Source: Verrucomicrobiota bacterium (GTDB lineage Bacteria; Verrucomicrobiota; Verrucomicrobiia; Opitutales; Seribacteraceae). Taken from it: a stretch of 64,000 nucleotides of DNA. The notes beneath the pieces are model-generated. The model made no database searches. It was not told the DNA's origin and saw only the letters and a list, made by a program, of their open reading frames with translations. The position numbers and the translations under genes were made by a program. Of the stretch, positions 30,509 to 40,976 are shown piece by piece. Position 1 is the stretch's first letter. Each line of letters opens with the position of its first letter. Location of the stretch: NCBI GenBank assembly GCA_027622665.1, contig JAQBYT010000002.1:128001-192000 (forward strand), read 5' to 3'.

Positions 30509-31624
30509 ATGAAACGACTCATCCTATCCCTCTTTTTCTCCCTGTCTTTCGCCCTCCTGGCAGGTCATCCTCTTCACGCGGACAAAGCCAAGCCAAACGG
30601 TCGCTTTCTTTATATGAGCACCCCGGACGGCGCCCAGCGCGAGGGATCCTCCGCCCCTGGCATCCTCGTGTTTTCCATCGATGACGGCCACAAGTACGTT
30701 CGCCGCATTGATCTCCCTGTCTTCAGCGAGGGCATGCGCGGTTTCACTGGTTGCACCGCAACCGGCTGCCTCTACTTCTCGACCACAGGCGGTACCTTGG
30801 GTTCCTTCGATCCCGCCACTGAAAAGGTGAATTGGGAGTCCAAGTTCAAGCAGGGCTGCGACCGGTCCTGCATCACCCCCGACGGCAAGCGAATCTATGC
30901 CCCAACCGGTTGGTGGTGGGGCTCCGAAAAGGACGGGTTCATCGTGGTCGATGCCGCCAATGGCAAAAAGATCGATCAGATCGCGGTCAATAAGCGGGCC
31001 CACAACAGCATAGCCAGCATTGACGGAAAATACGTTTATCTTGGGACCAACGTTACACTGACTCAATTTCGGGCAAGCGATGGCAAGATACTCCAAACCA
31101 TTTCTCCCGTCGGTGAGTCCGGGGTATTCCCCTACACCGTCAACAGCGCCAATACTCGGGCCTATGTTTGCCTCGGCAAGCATGCCGGTTTCGACGTCGT
31201 CGACCTGGAGACGGGCAAGGTCACCGACCGTGTCTTCGCGACCGATCCCAAGACGGGTAAGAAGATCAAGCACCGCACCCATGGGGCGGGCATGAATCCG
31301 GGTGAGACCGAGCTTTGGATCAGTGACCAAAAGGGCAAGAAACTTTTCATTTTCGACCTCACCCAGTCACCTCCCGCTCCCCAGGGGCACGTCGACCTCA
31401 GTGCGGGCGGCCATGGTTGGGTCACCTTTAGCTTGGACGGGGCCTACGCCTACTGCCACACCCCCGACGTATTCGACGCCAAGACCAAGAAGATAGTTGC
31501 TTCGCTGAAGGGCCCCGACGGCAAGCCCTTCGCCAGTTCCAAGTTCATCGAGGTGCAGTTCACTGACGGCAAGGTTTCCAAGATCGGCAACGAGTTCGGC
31601 CTCGGCCGCGTAAACGAAAAGTAG
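30509..31624 (+). CDS. Secreted beta-propeller protein (YncE/YVTN-like)
   Basis: Signal peptide; repeated blades ITPDGKRIY, SIDGKYVY, FSLDGAYAY. Confidence 0.7.
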   Translation: MKRLILSLFFSLSFALLAGHPLHADKAKPNGRFLYMSTPDGAQREGSSAPGILVFSIDDGHKYVRRIDLPVFSEGMRGFTGCTATGCLYFSTTGGTLGSFDPATEKVNWESKFKQGCDRSCITPDGKRIYAPTGWWWGSEKDGFIVVDAANGKKIDQIAVNKRAHNSIASIDGKYVYLGTNVTLTQFRASDGKILQTISPVGESGVFPYTVNSANTRAYVCLGKHAGFDVVDLETGKVTDRVFATDPKTGKKIKHRTHGAGMNPGETELWISDQKGKKLFIFDLTQSPPAPQGHVDLSAGGHGWVTFSLDGAYAYCHTPDVFDAKTKKIVASLKGPDGKPFASSKFIEVQFTDGKVSKIGNEFGLGRVNEK

Positions 31625-31704
31625 TTCTTCCCTAAAGGGAAATATTCCCGTTCGGGCTTCAATCGGATTGACAAGCAAACCCAAAGCCGAAACGTTTGTA
31701 TGGA

Positions 31705-33063
31705 ATGAATATTTCACGAAGACATTTCCTGAGAAGTAGCGGGACCAGTGTTTCGTTGCCGTTTCTTCCTTCTCTTTCCGGAGCCAAGGGCAAGGCCATC
31801 TTGCCGAACAAGAAGCTGATTATGATGTACATCCCGAACGGGATTTTGCGTCGCTACTTTTTCCCAGGTGAGGAACAGGCGATCCTGCCAGGTTTCGTGG
31901 GTGGCTTCAACGCCGACAAGACCAAGAACAAAAAGCGAATCCTGAACGAACCCGGTATATACCCCTTGGCATTCACTTCTTCCATGCGTCCGCTGGAAAA
32001 GCACAAGAACGACGTCACCATGGTCACCGGTTTGGATCGTACTTTTAAGAACGGCCAGGACGTTCATGCCCAAGGAGCATCTTGCTACCTCACGAGCGTT
32101 TCTCCTGAGCAAGCGTCGGTGAAGGGCATGAGGCATCCTAATGGGCGAAGCTTGGACCAGGTGATTGGGGACAAGGTTGGTCACACTTCCGCCTTCAATA
32201 CCCTTGAGATCGGTTGCAATGGCTTCACTGCGGGGAAGGAAGATATTTTCTTCGACAACATTTCGTGGTATGGGCCGGGAAAAATCGCACCTTCAATAAG
32301 GAATCCCCGAAAACTTTACGATCGTTTGTTCATGGCCGATTCATACCGCAACCACGTACAAGACGTCACCGACTTGATCTTAGCTGACACGAAGAGCCTG
32401 TCCCGTAAGCTGGGTAATGAGGATCGGGATACCTTGGATGGGTTTGTTACCATGATACGTGACATCGAGTTGCGTATCGATAAGTTGGAAAAGATTATCA
32501 AGGGGACGAATCTCGACCAGCCCAAGAACGAAATTTTGCCCAGAGGCGAATACATTAGGCTTCAGGCTGACCTTATGCTGACTGCCATGCAAATGGGCAT
32601 CACCAACGTCAGCACATTCATGATCGGTCCCGAACGGTGGGATGCCTCTCTTATGTACGAGGGAGTCTTTCCTAACCCCGTGCAGCATCACAGCATGACC
32701 CACAACCAGAAGAAGGAGGAAGTGGCCAAGGAATTGCAGAAAATCGACATCTTCCACTTGGAGCAGTTCGCCTACGTCATTTCCCGCATGAAGGAGATGA
32801 AGGAGCCCGACGGCACGACTCTGTTCGACAATTCACTTGTTACTTATGGCGCCGGATTGGGAGATGGAGCCACCCACCAGTTTTTCGATCTGCCAATGAT
32901 CGTGGCGGGGAAGGGGCAGGGACAAATCAAACAAGGCCGCTTGATCAAGTGCAAGAGCGGCACGCTGAACTCCAACCTTTGGCTTACTCTGGCCAACCTG
33001 ATGGGGTTGGAGATCGACAGTTTTTCCGACAGCACGGGCGTCATTTCGGACCTTTGGACCTGA
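31705..33063 (+). CDS. DUF1552 family protein, Tat-exported
   Basis: ISRRHFLR; MYIPNG; SLDQ; IRDIELRI; GTTLFDNSL; LPMIVAG. Confidence 0.88.
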   Translation: MNISRRHFLRSSGTSVSLPFLPSLSGAKGKAILPNKKLIMMYIPNGILRRYFFPGEEQAILPGFVGGFNADKTKNKKRILNEPGIYPLAFTSSMRPLEKHKNDVTMVTGLDRTFKNGQDVHAQGASCYLTSVSPEQASVKGMRHPNGRSLDQVIGDKVGHTSAFNTLEIGCNGFTAGKEDIFFDNISWYGPGKIAPSIRNPRKLYDRLFMADSYRNHVQDVTDLILADTKSLSRKLGNEDRDTLDGFVTMIRDIELRIDKLEKIIKGTNLDQPKNEILPRGEYIRLQADLMLTAMQMGITNVSTFMIGPERWDASLMYEGVFPNPVQHHSMTHNQKKEEVAKELQKIDIFHLEQFAYVISRMKEMKEPDGTTLFDNSLVTYGAGLGDGATHQFFDLPMIVAGKGQGQIKQGRLIKCKSGTLNSNLWLTLANLMGLEIDSFSDSTGVISDLWT

Positions 33064-33067
33064 GCAA

Positions 33068-34432
33068 ATGTTCTCGCCAACATCATCTAGAAGGAAATTC
33101 CTCCTTGGCAACGGGGCTTTTTTGACCCTGCCGTTTTTCCCTTCGCTTGCGAAAACGACTAAAACCCCAAGACCTGCAAAGAAATTCGTTTTAATGTATT
33201 TGCCCAACGGTCTTGTCCGGCGTTGCTTCATTCCCGGCGAGGCGGAACGCACCTCGCCTGGATTCAAAACCGTCAAGGGATCCGAGAAATTTCGAGATAA
33301 TAGTGATTCCGCTCCTCCCGGCGTTTACCCCTTGCCATTGACCCCGACGATGAAGCCCTTATCGAGCCATCTCGAAAACATCACCCTGATAACAGGGCTG
33401 GATCGGCCCTATAAGTCGGGTGGCGATGCTCACGAGCAAGGTGCTTCCTGTTATTTGAGCAGTGTTTCGCCCGAGGAGGCTTCGGAGAAAAAACTACGCT
33501 TTCTGCAAGGGCGCACTTTGGATCACGTAATCGGCGAAAAGCTCGGCCGTTGAACTCCTTTAAAAACCATGAAGGTCAGTTGCAACGGATTCACCCAGGG
33601 CAAGGAGTCGATGAGGTTCGACAACATTTCCTGGTATGGCGTTGATCAGTTTGCTCCATCGATCAAGGATCCTCAGGCTCTATACGACCGCTTGTTCCTG
33701 TCGGATGACGAGAGGTACAACGATCACCTGAACGAGGTTACCAGCTTGGTCATGGCCGATGCGAAGTCCCTTTCCATGAAACTGGGACGCAACGACAAGG
33801 ATACTCTCGATGCATTCATGACCATGGTCCGGGATATTGAAATCAGGATGTCACGCCTTCGAAAACTTGTTGCAGAGGCAGGAATTGTTCGGCCGACCGA
33901 CGAGGTGCTTCCCCGGGGGGAATACATCAAGTTGCAATGCGACCTTATGATCGCTGCCTTGCAAATGGGAATTACCAACGTGACCACGATGATGATCGGG
34001 CCGGAAAGATGGAATGCCTCCATGCTCTACGAAGGAGTTTTCGACAAACCGGTGGTCCATCATCCCATGTCACACAGTCAAAAAGGGGAGGGCTATGCGA
34101 AACTTCAGAAGATCGATCTTTTTCACATGGAAAAATACGCTTACGTGCTCTCGAGAATGAAGGGTGTGAAGGAGGCGGATGGAACCTCCTTGCTCGATAA
34201 TTCGATTGTTGCTTGCGGAGTTGGTCTAGGTGATGGAGCCATTCACCAATATTTTGATTTGCCTCTTATGCTGGCAGGCAAGGCTCAAGGCACCCTGAAA
34301 CACGGACGCCACCTGCAATGCAAGAATGGTACCCCGATCAGCAATGCATGGTTAACTATTGCTCGGGAATTGGGCGTTGAATTAGATCGATTCTCAAATA
34401 GTACAGGAACGATCTCAGGCCTAATGTCTTAA
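33068..34432 (+). pseudogene. DUF1552 family tandem paralog interrupted by one in-frame TGA (33551-33553)
   Basis: SRRKFLL Tat motif; ORFs 33068..33553 and 33569..34432 are in the same frame and collinear with the upstream paralog. Confidence 0.85.
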
Positions 34433-34478
34433 ATTCGAATTGAAACTTATCACACTTTGCGAATTTGGATAAATCTTT

Positions 34479-37433
34479 ATGTTTGAAATCAATATCAAGA
34501 GACGCGGAAGTCTTCTTTCATTTGCCTTTCTTTTGAGTGCAAGCAGTGCTATCGCGGCGCCAGATGAATTTAGCTCTTATCTTAAGCCCCTCTTTCAGCA
34601 AAACTGCGTAAAATGTCATGGGGGTGAGAAGACCAAGGGTAAGGTAAACCTAAAGGGACTCGAAGCGAAAGTTGATTTGCTTGGCAAGCCCGAGTTGATC
34701 AAGGAATTGATCGAGGTGATAGACTTCGCCGACATGCCCCCCGAGGACGAGGAACAGCTTTCGGACGAGGAACGCCGACGGACTGTCGGGATACTCAAGG
34801 ACCTTATGCGTCTGGCCGTTGAGTCTGACCAGGCAGAGACACCAAGGATAAGTCGCCTGAACCGTTTTCAATACAACAATTCGATCAAAGATCTCTTTCG
34901 CCTCAATAAGGATGTGTTCGAGCTTCCCGAAAAGATAATGACTCGTCATCAGAACTATCTTTTCGGCAAAAATGAAAAAATGCCGGATCAGGTGCGGGTG
35001 GCGTGTCGTTCCCTCAAGCCATTCAAGGGTTTCCAGGAGGTTCGCTCTTTTCCCAAGGACTTGCGGGCTGCCCATGGTTTCGACAACCAGTCCGACCAGT
35101 TGACGCTTTCACCTCTTCTTCTGGACTCTTTTCTGAAGCTGAGCGTTTCCATTTTGGAAAGCCCGGATTTTAACGAAAAAACGGTTGGCGTTTGGAAGGA
35201 ATTCTTTGCCGAACCCGAGAATCCCGATGGCAAGGAGGAAGAAATTCGAGTCCGCCTCAAACCCTTCCTTCGCTTGGTCTTTCGTTCCGCTGTGGAAGAG
35301 GAGGTAGTTGATCGTTACGTTGCGTATGCCCATGCAAAGTTGAAGACCGAGGCATCATTCACTAAGGCGATGAAGAAGGTGGCTTCCGCGATCCTGTCCT
35401 CTCCGATGTTTTTATTCCGTCATGAAAGCACGAGGGAGGATGATCCTTTTCGGGTTGCCTCTCAATTGTCCTTCTTCCTTTGGGGAAGTTGTCCGGACAA
35501 GGAATTATTGCAAGCAGCAGAGGAAGGACAGCTAGTGGACAAGGAAGTCTTCCAGGCTACTTTTGAAAGGATGATGGCCGATCCGAAGATCGAGAGATTT
35601 CTCGATAGTTTCCCCTCCCAGTGGATGCAGTTGGAAAACGTATTGGCAGCCACTCCGGATCCTAAGCTGAATAAGTATTTTTCAATCGACAAGGATTACC
35701 CTGCCAGCTTGACCATGGTCTTGGAACCCCTCCTCTTGTTTGATGCCGTCTTCCTCGAGAACCGACCAATCGTTGAACTGATATCTCCATCCTTCGCCTA
35801 CCGAAATGAATTCCTCGAGACTTGGTACGGAGGGGAGCTTAAGCCGGGAGACGAAGACTTGAAAATGGCGATCGTGGACAACGAGAACAAGAAAAAGAAG
35901 ATCATCGAGCTCGGGCAGGAGGTAGAAAACAGAGAAGAGGAACTGGCTGCCTTGGTCGATCCGATCCGTAAAAGGATTTTGTCCGAACGGGCAGTGGAGA
36001 ATGCCATACTTGAACCGGTTGATCTCAGACCGGTCGCGGCCTGGGAATTCGATGGGGACTTGAAGAGCTCGGTCGGTTCCTTCCCCCTCAAAAAGTCTGG
36101 GAAGGTGGATTTCAAGGATGGTATGGCCGTGATCGGTCCGAATTCCTACCTCCAAAGCCAGAATTTACCCTTTGAGCTGAGGGCCAAGAGCCTCGAGGTT
36201 TGGTTCCTGCTTGAAAAACTCGATCAAAAGGGAGGAGGGGTCATGGGCATTCAGGGCGCGGGTGATTTTTTCGATACCATCGTACTCGGTGAAAGAATGG
36301 ACAGGCATTGGATTTCCGGGAGCAACGGGTTCAGCCGGACCAATGACTTTGCCGGTTCCAAGCCCGAAGATTTGATCAACCGGATGATTCACCTTATCAT
36401 GACCTACCAGCCCAACGGCATGATCTCGCTTTACAGGAACGGGGAGGCTTACGGCAAGCCCTACCAGAAGCCGCTCGCCACCTTCCCCAAGGGGAAAACC
36501 TCCGTCATCTTCGGTCTGCGCCACACGCCCAAGGGAGGGAACAAGCACCTTGCAGTTACTATAGACAAAGCCAGACTCTATGATCGGGCCCTGAACGAGA
36601 AAGAGCTTGAGGAAGCGGCCCGCGGCAACCAGCTCTTCGTTAGCAATAAGGAATTGCTGGCTGCTCTCTCCCCGGAACAGAGAAAGGCCAAGGCGCAACT
36701 GGATAAGGAGCTCAAGAATACAATGAACGCGTTGAAGAAAGCCCCCAAGCCTGTCGATGCAAACAAGCTCAAGGAGGAGGCCCAAAAGCGTTTTGATAAT
36801 GACATCGGAAACAAGATGCGCTCCCCAGTTTTTGAGAGAATGCCCACCACCGATCCTAGGTACGGTGGTATCATCACCAACGCGGCGATGCTGAGCATGA
36901 CTTCCGGTCCCAAGCGAACCCACCCCATCGCCCGCGGCGCCTGGATCATCGAGGTTATCCTCAACGATCCACCCCCTCCTCCCCCAAATGACGTTCCGCC
37001 CCTCAAGGACGATGGAAACTCGAAAAATATGACCATACGCGAACAGTTTGCCTTGCACCGCGAAAATCCTGATTGCGCCGGTTGTCATTCCAAGCTCGAC
37101 CCCCTTGGTTTTGCCATGGAGAATTTTGACCTTACCGGCCGGTGGCGGGACAAGTATCGCAATGGTCGCGAGGTTGATTCAAGCGGCAAACTCATGAGGA
37201 AGCATGCCTACGGCGGAGTCGTTGATTTCAAGAATTCCTTGGTCAATGAAGAGGATCGTTATGCCAAGGCTTTCGTCGCCCACCTTCTCAGGTTTGCCAC
37301 CTCCAGAGAACTCGGGCCGGCCGATAGCCTTGAGATTGACCGAATCGTTGGAAAGGCAAAGCCGGAGAACTATCGCTTGAAGACTCTCATCCGAGAAGTC
37401 GTTATGAGTGATCTTTTTTCCAACGCCAAGTGA
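34479..37433 (+). CDS. DUF1592-type cytochrome c protein with LamG insert flanked by coiled coils
   Basis: CVKCH and CAGCH; SRLNRFQYNNSIKDL; LSFFLWGSCPD; AAWEFDG...ISLYRNG...IDKARLYDRAL (LamG); RGAWIIEVILNDPPPPPP. Confidence 0.9.
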   Translation: MFEINIKRRGSLLSFAFLLSASSAIAAPDEFSSYLKPLFQQNCVKCHGGEKTKGKVNLKGLEAKVDLLGKPELIKELIEVIDFADMPPEDEEQLSDEERRRTVGILKDLMRLAVESDQAETPRISRLNRFQYNNSIKDLFRLNKDVFELPEKIMTRHQNYLFGKNEKMPDQVRVACRSLKPFKGFQEVRSFPKDLRAAHGFDNQSDQLTLSPLLLDSFLKLSVSILESPDFNEKTVGVWKEFFAEPENPDGKEEEIRVRLKPFLRLVFRSAVEEEVVDRYVAYAHAKLKTEASFTKAMKKVASAILSSPMFLFRHESTREDDPFRVASQLSFFLWGSCPDKELLQAAEEGQLVDKEVFQATFERMMADPKIERFLDSFPSQWMQLENVLAATPDPKLNKYFSIDKDYPASLTMVLEPLLLFDAVFLENRPIVELISPSFAYRNEFLETWYGGELKPGDEDLKMAIVDNENKKKKIIELGQEVENREEELAALVDPIRKRILSERAVENAILEPVDLRPVAAWEFDGDLKSSVGSFPLKKSGKVDFKDGMAVIGPNSYLQSQNLPFELRAKSLEVWFLLEKLDQKGGGVMGIQGAGDFFDTIVLGERMDRHWISGSNGFSRTNDFAGSKPEDLINRMIHLIMTYQPNGMISLYRNGEAYGKPYQKPLATFPKGKTSVIFGLRHTPKGGNKHLAVTIDKARLYDRALNEKELEEAARGNQLFVSNKELLAALSPEQRKAKAQLDKELKNTMNALKKAPKPVDANKLKEEAQKRFDNDIGNKMRSPVFERMPTTDPRYGGIITNAAMLSMTSGPKRTHPIARGAWIIEVILNDPPPPPPNDVPPLKDDGNSKNMTIREQFALHRENPDCAGCHSKLDPLGFAMENFDLTGRWRDKYRNGREVDSSGKLMRKHAYGGVVDFKNSLVNEEDRYAKAFVAHLLRFATSRELGPADSLEIDRIVGKAKPENYRLKTLIREVVMSDLFSNAK

Positions 37434-37488
37434 CCCGGCATATCTTTCCCCGTTTACCTTCTTTAGCTCTCTCTGCATTATTCGACCT

Positions 37489-39057
37489 ATGAATTCCCGA
37501 TTATCGATATTCTTCCTTGGATTCGCTCTTTGCTCCACGGTAATTGCCTCATTCCCGCCCAATATCGTGTTGATTTTGGCGGATGATATGGGGCCAGGCG
37601 AACCAAGTCACGCGGGCGGTATCATACCGACGCCCACCTTGGATCGTATGGCCAAGGAAGGCATGCGGTTCTCCGATGCCCACACCACTTCCTCGGTTTG
37701 CACGCCGACGCGCTACGGCATCCTGACTGGACGATACAATTGGCGCAGCAGGCTCAAGAGAAGTGTGCTTTTCAATCCTACCGACAAGGCGTTGATGGAC
37801 CCTGAGCGCCTCAACCTTCCCAACTTCCTGCAAAAGGCGGGTTACCACACCGCCTGTATCGGAAAATGGCACCTCGGGGCGGACTTCGAGCGGGCCCCGA
37901 AAAACGCGAATGCGGACAAAAGTAAGCGCGGTGTTTCCTGGCAGGTCGACTATACGAAGCCTTTCAGGAATGGTCCCGTGGACGTCGGGTTCGACGAAGC
38001 CTTTTTTATTCTCTCGTCCCTCGATATGGCACCTTACGTTTACCTTAAGAACGACCGCGCTATGGTGATTCCCACGGTGAACAAGGGATTTCCGCACAAC
38101 GAGTACAACAAGTACCAGCGCATAGGGGCCGCCGCCAAGTTCTTCGAGGCCAGTCACTGCTTGTCAGACTGGGCATCCGAGTCTCGCGACTACCTCAAGC
38201 GGCGAGCCAAGGACAAAAAGAAGAAACCTTTCTTCCTCTACCTTCCCTTGACCTCTCCGCACACCCCGATTACCCCCGGTGAAAAGTTCAAGGGCAAATA
38301 TCCGCAGTACAGTTGGTACGCGGACTTCATGGCCGAGACTGACTGGGTCGTCGGGCAAGTGCTGGAGCAACTCGATGAATCGGGCTTCGACGACAACACC
38401 CTCGTGATCTTTACCTCGGACAACGGTTTCGCCCCCTACGTCAAGATTCCCAAGATGATCGAGGCCGGCTATCGTCCGTCAGGGAGTTGGCGCGGCGCCA
38501 AGGCGACTATTTACGAAGGTGGGCATCGCGTGCCTTTTCTTGTCCGTTGGCCGGGAAAGGTGAAAGCCGGGGCAGTCAACCCGACGACCATTTGCACGAC
38601 GGATTTCTTCGCCACCTTCGCCGACTTGCTTGGCAAGAAAGATGACGTTCCAGATAGCGCCGCGGAAGACTCGTTCTCTTTCTTGCCTTGCCTCAATGGA
38701 GCCAAGGAACCGATTCGCCCCTTCACCATCCACCATTCCATCTCTGGGGTCTTCGCCATCCGCAAGGGCGACTGGAAGTTGATTCTGAACAAAGGCGCCG
38801 GTGGAGGTTGGAGCGGATCCTGGGAGACTACCAAGACCACCGCCAAGCTCGTTCAATTGTACAACATGAATGACGATCCCGGAGAAACCAAGAACTTGGA
38901 GCTAGAGCACCCAGCGGTCGTTAAGGAACTGGTCGACGACCTCGCCAAGGCCTTCCGCGCCGGACGTACCACGCCCGGCGAAAAGCAAACAAATGAGGGC
39001 TGGCCCTATCGAGACGGCGCCACCCAGAAGGCATTTCCCCAGCTCAAGGAGAAATGA
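37489..39057 (+). CDS. Sulfatase
   Basis: PNIVLILADDMG, CTPTRYGILTG, GKWHLG, SDNG, YEGGHRVP. Confidence 0.93.
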   Translation: MNSRLSIFFLGFALCSTVIASFPPNIVLILADDMGPGEPSHAGGIIPTPTLDRMAKEGMRFSDAHTTSSVCTPTRYGILTGRYNWRSRLKRSVLFNPTDKALMDPERLNLPNFLQKAGYHTACIGKWHLGADFERAPKNANADKSKRGVSWQVDYTKPFRNGPVDVGFDEAFFILSSLDMAPYVYLKNDRAMVIPTVNKGFPHNEYNKYQRIGAAAKFFEASHCLSDWASESRDYLKRRAKDKKKKPFFLYLPLTSPHTPITPGEKFKGKYPQYSWYADFMAETDWVVGQVLEQLDESGFDDNTLVIFTSDNGFAPYVKIPKMIEAGYRPSGSWRGAKATIYEGGHRVPFLVRWPGKVKAGAVNPTTICTTDFFATFADLLGKKDDVPDSAAEDSFSFLPCLNGAKEPIRPFTIHHSISGVFAIRKGDWKLILNKGAGGGWSGSWETTKTTAKLVQLYNMNDDPGETKNLELEHPAVVKELVDDLAKAFRAGRTTPGEKQTNEGWPYRDGATQKAFPQLKEK

Positions 39058-40976
39058 GGGCTTTATTGAACTTGTTGGCTTTCCTCTTGCCCATTGTTTT
39101 GTCCGCCGGAGTGTTTGAGAAAGAGGTGCTGCCAATCCTTCAGAGGTCCTGCATCAAGTGTCATGGCGGGGAGAAAACAAAGGGTAAGGTTGATTTTTCA
39201 AAGATTCTAACTGAGCGGGACGCAGGGTCTCATCTCGATTTATGGGAAACGGTCGTCGAAGTAGTTGAACTGAGGGAGATGCCTCCCGATGACGAGATGC
39301 CGCTCTCATCCGCTGAGCGCAAGAAAATCCGCAATTGGCGGGATGCATTCATCCAGTTGCCGACCGACCCCACGATAGCTGTCTTTCGTCCCCGAAGGTT
39401 ATCCGCCAACGAATATCGCAACACGCTCCGTTCTCTTTTCGGGTTTGACCTCGAGGTTGGGATTGCGAGGGCCGAGCAAACGGAATCCGGGGAGAAATCA
39501 TTGGTTCTCAAGATTCTACCTCCCGATCCTCCAGGAAAAAGCGGTTACTTCAACGACACTCATTCCGCCCCCATTTCAACTTCTCTTCTTGAGAACTACG
39601 CTTACTTGGCGGGGGTTTCTCTTGATCGGCTTTTTTCAAAGAAGGGGAAGGATTCACTAGCCGGGATGATTCGTCAAAGCGAAGACTGGAATGGAGAGAT
39701 CTCCCCTCACTTGGCCGAGGAAATCATTCGATCTTTTCTTCCCCGGATCTTTCGTCGGTCAGTTGCAGAGGAAAGAATCAATGCGGTTCTTGGCAAACTC
39801 AAGGGCAAGGAAAGAAAAGCTCTTGTTACGGCTCTGAAGTTCGAGCTCAAGTCGGCCTTGATCTCTCCGGAATTTCTATACCGTGGATTTCTCGCCAATC
39901 CACAGGATAAAGCAGAGCGGCAGCCGGTTGATGCTTTCGAGCTGGCCGAGCGACTGTCCTATTTTCTCTGGGAAGATATGCCCGACGAGGAACTGTTCGA
40001 GTCAGCAGTTGATGGGTCTTTGCTAAAAAAAGGCGAACTCGGTCGACACGTTGACAGGATGTTGGCCGATCCGCGTGCTCGCAACCTATCTGGGAGTTTT
40101 GGCGTCCAGTTGCTGGGTTTGTCGTCCATTGACGACCAGATCAAGAACAACCCCATTCATTTGCATGCCTTGCGTACCCAGCCCCGAGATTTTCTTCATT
40201 ACCTTTTTACCGAGGATCGACCGGTAATGGAGTTGCTCGATTCCAACGTCACCTTTGTTAACCAAAGCACCTCTGGTTTTTATGGGAAGGATCGCCATCG
40301 TCTGGCCCCCTTTCACAAACCCAGGGGAATCGAGAGGCAGCGCACCATGAATCAGCGCTTGGAGATCAAGGATGCGGAAGGGCGGGGGGGGATTCTTACC
40401 ATGCCGAGCATTCTTTCCATGAACCATGGACCGATCCTCAGGGGAACTTGGGTCCTTCGCCATATTCTCGGCGTAAGACTTGGAGAACCGCCCGCGGACG
40501 TTCCTCCGATCAAACCTCCCCCCCGGGGCAAGAAAATGACCTTCAGGGAAAGGTTCGAGGCTCACCGTGAAAACTCGACCTGCGCGAGGTGTCATGATAA
40601 AATCGACCCGATCGGCTTCGCCTTGGACGGCTACGACGATAACGGCAGGAATCTCTTGGCATCCTACAACAATCGGGGAAACCTACCCCCCATCGATACC
40701 TCCGGAAAATTGCCTAGTGGTGAGGAATTCAAGGATTACCAAGGACTGAAACGAATCCTGCTGACCAAGAAACGCAAACAGGTAATCCGCAACTTGACTG
40801 GGCAACTTCTTTCCTATGCCCTTTGCCGGAAGCTCGGGATAGGAGACCAACCGGTTGTTGAGGAGATTGCGGGGAAGGCAACCTTGGAAAACTCAACTTG
40901 GAAGGAACTCCTTATCGAGGTTGTAAACAGTTCGCCTTTTCGTGAGACTGTATTCAGACAATTGGAAACAAAATGA
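39054..40976 (+). CDS. DUF1592-type cytochrome c protein (minimal, no insert)
   Basis: CIKCH and CARCH; RRLSANEYRNTLRSL; ELAERLSYFLWEDMPD; YALCR; ATGA overlaps at both ends. Confidence 0.9.
   Translation: MRALLNLLAFLLPIVLSAGVFEKEVLPILQRSCIKCHGGEKTKGKVDFSKILTERDAGSHLDLWETVVEVVELREMPPDDEMPLSSAERKKIRNWRDAFIQLPTDPTIAVFRPRRLSANEYRNTLRSLFGFDLEVGIARAEQTESGEKSLVLKILPPDPPGKSGYFNDTHSAPISTSLLENYAYLAGVSLDRLFSKKGKDSLAGMIRQSEDWNGEISPHLAEEIIRSFLPRIFRRSVAEERINAVLGKLKGKERKALVTALKFELKSALISPEFLYRGFLANPQDKAERQPVDAFELAERLSYFLWEDMPDEELFESAVDGSLLKKGELGRHVDRMLADPRARNLSGSFGVQLLGLSSIDDQIKNNPIHLHALRTQPRDFLHYLFTEDRPVMELLDSNVTFVNQSTSGFYGKDRHRLAPFHKPRGIERQRTMNQRLEIKDAEGRGGILTMPSILSMNHGPILRGTWVLRHILGVRLGEPPADVPPIKPPPRGKKMTFRERFEAHRENSTCARCHDKIDPIGFALDGYDDNGRNLLASYNNRGNLPPIDTSGKLPSGEEFKDYQGLKRILLTKKRKQVIRNLTGQLLSYALCRKLGIGDQPVVEEIAGKATLENSTWKELLIEVVNSSPFRETVFRQLETK

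Noticed and set aside
33551..33620. Selenocysteine recoding of the in-frame TGA
   Set aside because: The TGA aligns with Thr, not Cys, in the paralog; no convincing SECIS hairpin follows and no sel genes are in the window.
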